Below, in pieces: positions 59,294 to 64,000 of a stretch of 64,000 bases of DNA. The stretch's first letter is position 1. Each line of letters starts with the position of its first letter. Position numbers and translations under genes: made by a program. The DNA lies in assembly GCA_963822945.1 (NCBI GenBank), contig CAWGJO010000024.1, positions 96,001-160,000 of the forward strand, in the 5' to 3' direction. The notes under the pieces were generated by a model. The model was not told the origin of the DNA. It searched no databases and was given only the letters and a program-made list of their open reading frames with translations. The DNA is from an uncultured Gemmatimonadaceae bacterium. GTDB taxonomy: Bacteria; Gemmatimonadota; Gemmatimonadetes; Gemmatimonadales; Gemmatimonadaceae.

Positions 59294-61074
59294 TTGACCG
59301 TCCCGCGCACCGCGATGTGCAGGTCCCGCAACTCCTCCGGCGGCACCGGCGACGGCGCGCCTTCGAACAGGGCGCGCGCGGCCGTCGTCTTGGGAAAGGC
59401 GATCACATCGCGCAGCGACGGCGCGCCGGCCAGCATCATGGCGATGCGGTCGAAGCCGAGGGCAATGCCGCCGTGCGGCGGCGCGCCCGCCCGCAGCCCC
59501 TCGAGCAGGAAGCCGAACCGCGCCTGCGCCGTCGCTTCATCGATGCCGAGCAGCGAGAACATCCGGCTCTGCATGGCCGGATCGGCGATACGGATGCTGC
59601 CCCCGCCCAGTTCCGTGCCGTTGAACACCACGTCATAGGCGTTGGCCCGCACGCGTTCCGGCGCCGTATCGAGGAGCGGAACGTCCTCCGCCAGCGGTGA
59701 CGTGAACGGGTGGTGCACGGACGCCAGCGCGCCGGTGGCCGGGTCGCGGTCGAAGAGCGGGAAATCGGTGACCCACAGAAACGCGTGCGCCTCCTCCGAC
59801 ACCAGGCCCATGCGGCGCGCCACGTCCTGCCGCACGCGGTCCAGCGCCGGATTGGCCACACGGTCGACGGCGGCGACGTAGAGACCGAGCGATCCTTCGG
59901 GAAGTCCCAACCGCTGCAGCGCGTCGTCCCCCAGAAACTTCGCCGCCGGCCCCTCGAGCTTACCGTTCACGTGCTTCAGGCGCAGCAGCCCCATGGCGCC
60001 GGCCGACTTGGCCTCCGCCTCGATCTCGTCCACCTGCTTGCGCGACAGGGCGGCGCCCCCGGGCACCACGAGACCGCGGATCCGGCCACCCTGCGCGAAC
60101 GCCGACTGCGCGATGGAGAACTCGGTGCCGCGGAACACGTCACTGACGTCCGCGATTTCCAGTCCGTAGCGGAGATCCGGCCGGTCGCAGCCGTAGCGCT
60201 CCATCGCATCCGCATAGGTCATGCGCGGGAACTCCGCCGGCACGGTGTATCCCGCCTCTTTCCAGAGCGCCGCGATCATGCCCTCGGTGAGGCCGATGAC
60301 GTCCTCGGCGCCGATGAACGAGGCCTCGATGTCGATCTGCGTGAACTCGGGCTGCCGGTCGGCCCGCAGATCCTCGTCGCGAAAGCAGCGCGCGATCTGG
60401 AAGTACCGGTCGTAGCCCGCCACCATCAGCAGTTGCTTGTACAACTGCGGCGACTGTGGCAACGCGTAGAACTCGCCTTCGTGAATCCGGCTCGGCACGA
60501 GATAGTCGCGGGCGCCCTCGGGCGTCGGCTTGGTGAGGATCGGGGTCTCGATCTCCAGGAATCCGCGCTCGCTCAGATAGCGCCGCGTCACCTGCATCAG
60601 GCGATGGCGGAGCAGCAGATTGGCCTGCAGTTCCGCCCGCCGGAGATCCAGATACCGGTGGCGCAGGCGCAGGTCCTCCGCCGGCAGGTTCTCGCCCTTG
60701 GCCCGCGCGACCGGGATGGCCGGCACGGCGGCCGGCCCCACCAGTCGCATGGCCGTGACGTGCACCTCGACTTCGCCGGTGGCCAGTTCCGCGTTCTGCA
60801 TGGCGGGCGGACGGGCGACGACGTCCCCCTCGATCAATACCACCGACTCGTTGCCGAGCGCGGCTGCCTGATCGCAGAGCGCCTTGGAGGTACGCTGCGG
60901 GTCGAACGAGGCCTGCACGATCCCGCTCAGATCGCGCAGATCCACGAATACGAGACCGCCGAGGTTGCGAGCCCGGTGCACCCACCCGCCAAGGCGCACT
61001 TTCTGCCCCACGTGCGCCGCCCGCAGGGCGCCGCAGCGATGGGTCCGGAGTGTAGTCGAGAAATCGGTTTGCAT
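59290..61074 (-). CDS. aspS: Aspartate--tRNA ligase
   Basis: RTHRCG, PEGARDY, QSPQLYKQ, FRDEDLRADRQPEF, GAPPHGG. Confidence 0.97.
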   Translation of the reverse strand: MQTDFSTTLRTHRCGALRAAHVGQKVRLGGWVHRARNLGGLVFVDLRDLSGIVQASFDPQRTSKALCDQAAALGNESVVLIEGDVVARPPAMQNAELATGEVEVHVTAMRLVGPAAVPAIPVARAKGENLPAEDLRLRHRYLDLRRAELQANLLLRHRLMQVTRRYLSERGFLEIETPILTKPTPEGARDYLVPSRIHEGEFYALPQSPQLYKQLLMVAGYDRYFQIARCFRDEDLRADRQPEFTQIDIEASFIGAEDVIGLTEGMIAALWKEAGYTVPAEFPRMTYADAMERYGCDRPDLRYGLEIADVSDVFRGTEFSIAQSAFAQGGRIRGLVVPGGAALSRKQVDEIEAEAKSAGAMGLLRLKHVNGKLEGPAAKFLGDDALQRLGLPEGSLGLYVAAVDRVANPALDRVRQDVARRMGLVSEEAHAFLWVTDFPLFDRDPATGALASVHHPFTSPLAEDVPLLDTAPERVRANAYDVVFNGTELGGGSIRIADPAMQSRMFSLLGIDEATAQARFGFLLEGLRAGAPPHGGIALGFDRIAMMLAGAPSLRDVIAFPKTTAARALFEGAPSPVPPEELRDLHIAVRGTVK

Positions 61075-61291
61075 TGCGAGAGGAAAGGGCGGCCGCAGCT
61101 CACCGCAGCCCGAGGCACGGCATGGTTGCCGGGCGGCTCGGCTTTGTCCGCGCGATCGGCGCGCAGGCGCCGGACGCGCAAACCGACCCGGGCGATTGTG
61201 GGCCGGGTCGGCGGAAAGTGGGGGAAGCCGGAAAGCGACTCATCGAACCCTGTATCATAATGCCGGAACGACACTTACGGTAGTTGTCGCC

Positions 61292-61321
61292 TTGACTCTG
61301 GACCCATGGCCCGTCTAGCTT
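61292..61321 (+). promoter_or_regulatory. Candidate sigma70 promoter of rlmN
   Basis: TTGACT-N18-TAGCTT. Confidence 0.5.
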
Positions 61322-61448
61322 AAGTGCCTGCGCTGCATGCTCTTCGATGCTGTCATCTCCCATGAGTTGCCAGCTCTTCGTCTTTCCGATCGGCACCGGC
61401 TGCTCGCCCGCAGACCGTGCAGCGGAACATCATCAGTCCCGGGTTTCC

Positions 61449-62534
61449 ATGAGTGAGCGCGAGAACCTGCTCGACCTGACGCCGGCTCAGGCGTTGGAAC
61501 GCCTCACCGCATTCGCGGAGGCCGAAGGGCTGCCCGCATACCGCGCCCGCCAGATCGTACGCCATCTGTGGATGTCACCGGCGCCCGACTTCGCCGGCAT
61601 GAGCGACCTCCCCGTCGCACTGCGCGAGCGGTTGGCCGCCAAGTTCGCCCTGCCCCGCCTGGAGATCGCGGCGCGGGAGAAGTCCGCCGACGGCACCGAG
61701 AAGTTTCTCTTCCGGCTGGCCGACGGAGAAGCGATCGAGACGGTGGCCATTCCGGACGGGAACCGCGTCACGCTGTGCATCTCGTCGCAGGCGGGCTGCG
61801 CGCTCCAGTGCGCGTTCTGCGCCACCGGGGCCATGGGCTTCTCGCGCAACCTGGCCGTGCACGAGATCGCGGGTCAGGTGCGGGAGATGCGCCTGCTCGA
61901 TCCGCCGATCCCGGTGACCAACATCGTGTTCATGGGTATGGGGGAACCGCTCATGAACTGGAAGGCGGTGGACCCCACGCTGACGATTCTCAACGACCCC
62001 AACGGCCTCGGCATCGGCGCCCGGCACATCACGGTCTCCACCGTCGGCGTGCTGCCGGGTATCGTCGCGCTCGGGAAGCGTCCGGAGCAGTTCCGGCTCG
62101 CGATCTCCATCCACGCGCCCAGCGACTCGTTGCGTCGCGACCTGATGCCCATCAATACCAAGTACCCGTTGGCCGATGTGATCGAGGCGGCCAAGGTCTT
62201 CGACCGTCGGGTGACCTTCGAGTACGTGATGTTGGGTGGCGTCAACGACGGCGAGGAGCATGCGCTGAACCTGGCCGCGCTGGCCCGCGAGTGCCGGGCC
62301 TTCGTGAACCTGATTCCGCTGCACCCCGGCGGGGCGCGCGGCTTCACCCCGTCGCCGCGTCCGAAGATCGCCGCCTTCGCCCGCGAGCTGCGCGCGCAGG
62401 GCGTCGAGGTCGCCGTGCGCAAGAGCCGCGGCGTGGACATCGCCGCGGCGTGCGGGCAGTTACGGGTGGAGCGGCTCGGGCGGCGGCCGCCAGGCGCGCC
62501 CCAGCAGCACGGTCACGTCCACGTAGAGCGTTGA
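61449..62534 (+). CDS. rlmN: 23S rRNA A2503/tRNA A37 C2-methyltransferase (radical SAM)
   Basis: CISSQAGCALQCAFC, MGMGEP, AACGQL. Confidence 0.95.
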   Translation: MSERENLLDLTPAQALERLTAFAEAEGLPAYRARQIVRHLWMSPAPDFAGMSDLPVALRERLAAKFALPRLEIAAREKSADGTEKFLFRLADGEAIETVAIPDGNRVTLCISSQAGCALQCAFCATGAMGFSRNLAVHEIAGQVREMRLLDPPIPVTNIVFMGMGEPLMNWKAVDPTLTILNDPNGLGIGARHITVSTVGVLPGIVALGKRPEQFRLAISIHAPSDSLRRDLMPINTKYPLADVIEAAKVFDRRVTFEYVMLGGVNDGEEHALNLAALARECRAFVNLIPLHPGGARGFTPSPRPKIAAFARELRAQGVEVAVRKSRGVDIAAACGQLRVERLGRRPPGAPQQHGHVHVER

Positions 62535-62891
62535 GTCGGGGCGCGCCTCGACGCGCGCCCCCCCGAGCGCACGCGCCACCCGCTGCGCCCAATCGGGATG
62601 GTTGGTCCGGTCCAGCACCAGCGTACTCTCGCTCTGCTGCGCACTCGTCCCGATCGACACCACGTCGAATCCGCGATCGCGAAGCACGAACGTGCCGCGC
62701 CGGGCGAGCCCGCGGATCCGGGTCGCGTTGAGCACCTCCACCCGGACCCGGGCGCGCTTGGGCGCGGTCAGATCGGGGGGCGGCGCCGCGGACGCGCCGA
62801 GCCCCTGATACGCCCGCGCCCACCAGTACCATCCACCGCCCATCAACGCGAGGAAGGCGGCGGCCGCGAAGACGACGGTGCGCAGTCTCAC
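62460..62891 (-). CDS. LytR C-terminal domain membrane protein
   Basis: TM helix, VEVLNAT..RGLA, DVTVLLG. Confidence 0.82.
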   Translation of the reverse strand: MRLRTVVFAAAAFLALMGGGWYWWARAYQGLGASAAPPPDLTAPKRARVRVEVLNATRIRGLARRGTFVLRDRGFDVVSIGTSAQQSESTLVLDRTNHPDWAQRVARALGGARVEARPDSTLYVDVTVLLGRAWRPPPEPLHP

Positions 62892-63436
62892 TGCAGCCCG
62901 TTCCAGAGCGCGATGGTCTGCTCGAACACGGGGTGTCCCTCGCGGAGCGCCCATTCGATCCGCGCCCGCACGACCTGACGAAACACCCCGTCGAAGTCGT
63001 GCGGCACATGCGCGGCGAGGAAGGCGCGGTCGGCCCGCGCGAACTTGCGCCCCGGTTCCAGGAAATCGGCCATGTACAGCGCCCGTCCGGGGCGCGCCCA
63101 ATGCGGATCGCCGATCGTGTGGTGCCGGATGGCGGCCAGGACGTCGGCCCGGGATTCCCCGTCACGCTCCAGGCGAATTGCCGCCGCCGGTCCATGCAGG
63201 ATCTTCGACGGACCGGTGGCCACGCCCGTCAACTGCCGCAGCCGCTCTTCGGGGGCGTCGCGCAGCGCGTCGTGCCAGCGTCCCGCGTCGCGCCAGGCCG
63301 CCGCCTCGGCGTCGGAGATCCCCAGCGCCGCCGCCCACGATTCGAGGAGCGCCGTCACGCGCGCAATGTGGGCGCGGCGGGCGTCGCCCACCTCCGCCCA
63401 CGACGGCAGCGCCAGAGGATCCGCGCCGCTACTCAT
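62888..63436 (-). CDS. YqeK-like HD-domain hydrolase (putative Ap4A hydrolase)
   Basis: RRAH, WHD, LHG, IRHHT, YMADFLEPGR. Confidence 0.82.
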   Translation of the reverse strand: MSSGADPLALPSWAEVGDARRAHIARVTALLESWAAALGISDAEAAAWRDAGRWHDALRDAPEERLRQLTGVATGPSKILHGPAAAIRLERDGESRADVLAAIRHHTIGDPHWARPGRALYMADFLEPGRKFARADRAFLAAHVPHDFDGVFRQVVRARIEWALREGHPVFEQTIALWNGLQ

Positions 63437-63845
63437 GCCCGGCCGCCTCGAGCAACGCGACTTCACGCTGCCAGAAGTCCCGGTCGCGAAGCCCGGGATG
63501 CGGCAGCACGAGCTGCTCGTCGCGCAGCGTCAGGTCGCCGAACCGCACGATGTCGAGATCGAGGGTGCGCGGTCCCCAGCGCACGCGCCGCATCCGCCCG
63601 GCCGTGCGTTCGATGCCGTGCAGCCGAGCGAGTAGATCGTGGGGGCTGAGCGTGGTTTCGATAGCGACCATCTGATTCAGATACGGCTCCTGACCGGGCG
63701 GCCCGAACGGCGCCGTTTCCTCCACCGGAGTCTCGGCAATGACACGCGTGCCGGGAAGGGCGCCCAGCGCGTCCCGCGCCATGGCGAGGAAATGGGCCCG
63801 GTCTCCGAGGTTGGATCCCAGCGCGATGTAGGCGACCTCACCCAT
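63429..63845 (-). CDS. folK: 2-amino-4-hydroxy-6-hydroxymethyldihydropteridine diphosphokinase
   Basis: YIALGSNLG, RWGPRTLDLDI, LPHP. Confidence 0.95.
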   Translation of the reverse strand: MGEVAYIALGSNLGDRAHFLAMARDALGALPGTRVIAETPVEETAPFGPPGQEPYLNQMVAIETTLSPHDLLARLHGIERTAGRMRRVRWGPRTLDLDIVRFGDLTLRDEQLVLPHPGLRDRDFWQREVALLEAAGHE

Positions 63846-64000
63846 CGACCGGACGCTGGATGACCACCTCGACGTAGTCGAGCGGCGCGCCCAGCGGAAC
63901 GTTGGGCTTCCGGATGCGCACCTCCACGCGCTGCACGCCATCCACGCCGAGCGTGGCCGTCGCCACCCGCTCGGCGATCTCCTCGAGAAACTCGCGCGGC
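63838..64000 (-). CDS. folB: Dihydroneopterin aldolase, C-terminal part (5' end beyond window)
   Basis: ...FLEEIAERVA...VEVRIRKPNVPLG...VEVVIQR; stop overlaps the folK start. Confidence 0.85.
   Translation of the reverse strand, partial: PREFLEEIAERVATATLGVDGVQRVEVRIRKPNVPLGAPLDYVEVVIQRPVDG

Overview
High-GC bacterial chromosome segment, almost all genes on the minus strand. The gene content and order resemble Gemmatimonadota; this is an inference and was not verified. A tRNA-Leu(CAA) at 33211-33294 divides the window. The left half (1-33.0 kb) is an energy-metabolism block with four parts: a GntR-led 4-hydroxyproline to 2-oxoglutarate catabolic operon; a phosphofructokinase with PPi-type motifs; an alternative complex III (ActA-B-C-DE-F) ending in two extra monoheme cytochromes c and no oxidase; and a 15.5-kb translationally coupled operon. 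In that operon KorAB-type and giant PFOR-type 2-oxoacid:ferredoxin oxidoreductases are interleaved with a complete Rnf complex (korA-korB-orf-rnfB-PFOR-rnfCDGEA-microprotein-apbE-Cys-rich protein). The PFOR carries a ferredoxin domain tethered by a long Ala/Pro linker. The right half is mostly core genome: ECF sigma/anti-sigma/Spy-like module, GDPD, rplU-rpmA, RNase E/G, acyl-CoA dehydrogenase, recQ, U32/RlhA-like, ybeY-HDIG-phoH-aspS, rlmN, yqeK-like, folK, folB. It also holds a B12 acyl-CoA mutase cluster whose active-site residues (Phe/Gln) point to an isobutyryl-CoA-mutase type, linked to a carboxyltransferase and AtuA-family genes. At least seven genes contain frameshifts, most likely long-read indel errors. 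No CRISPR array, integrase, transposase or rRNA was seen.
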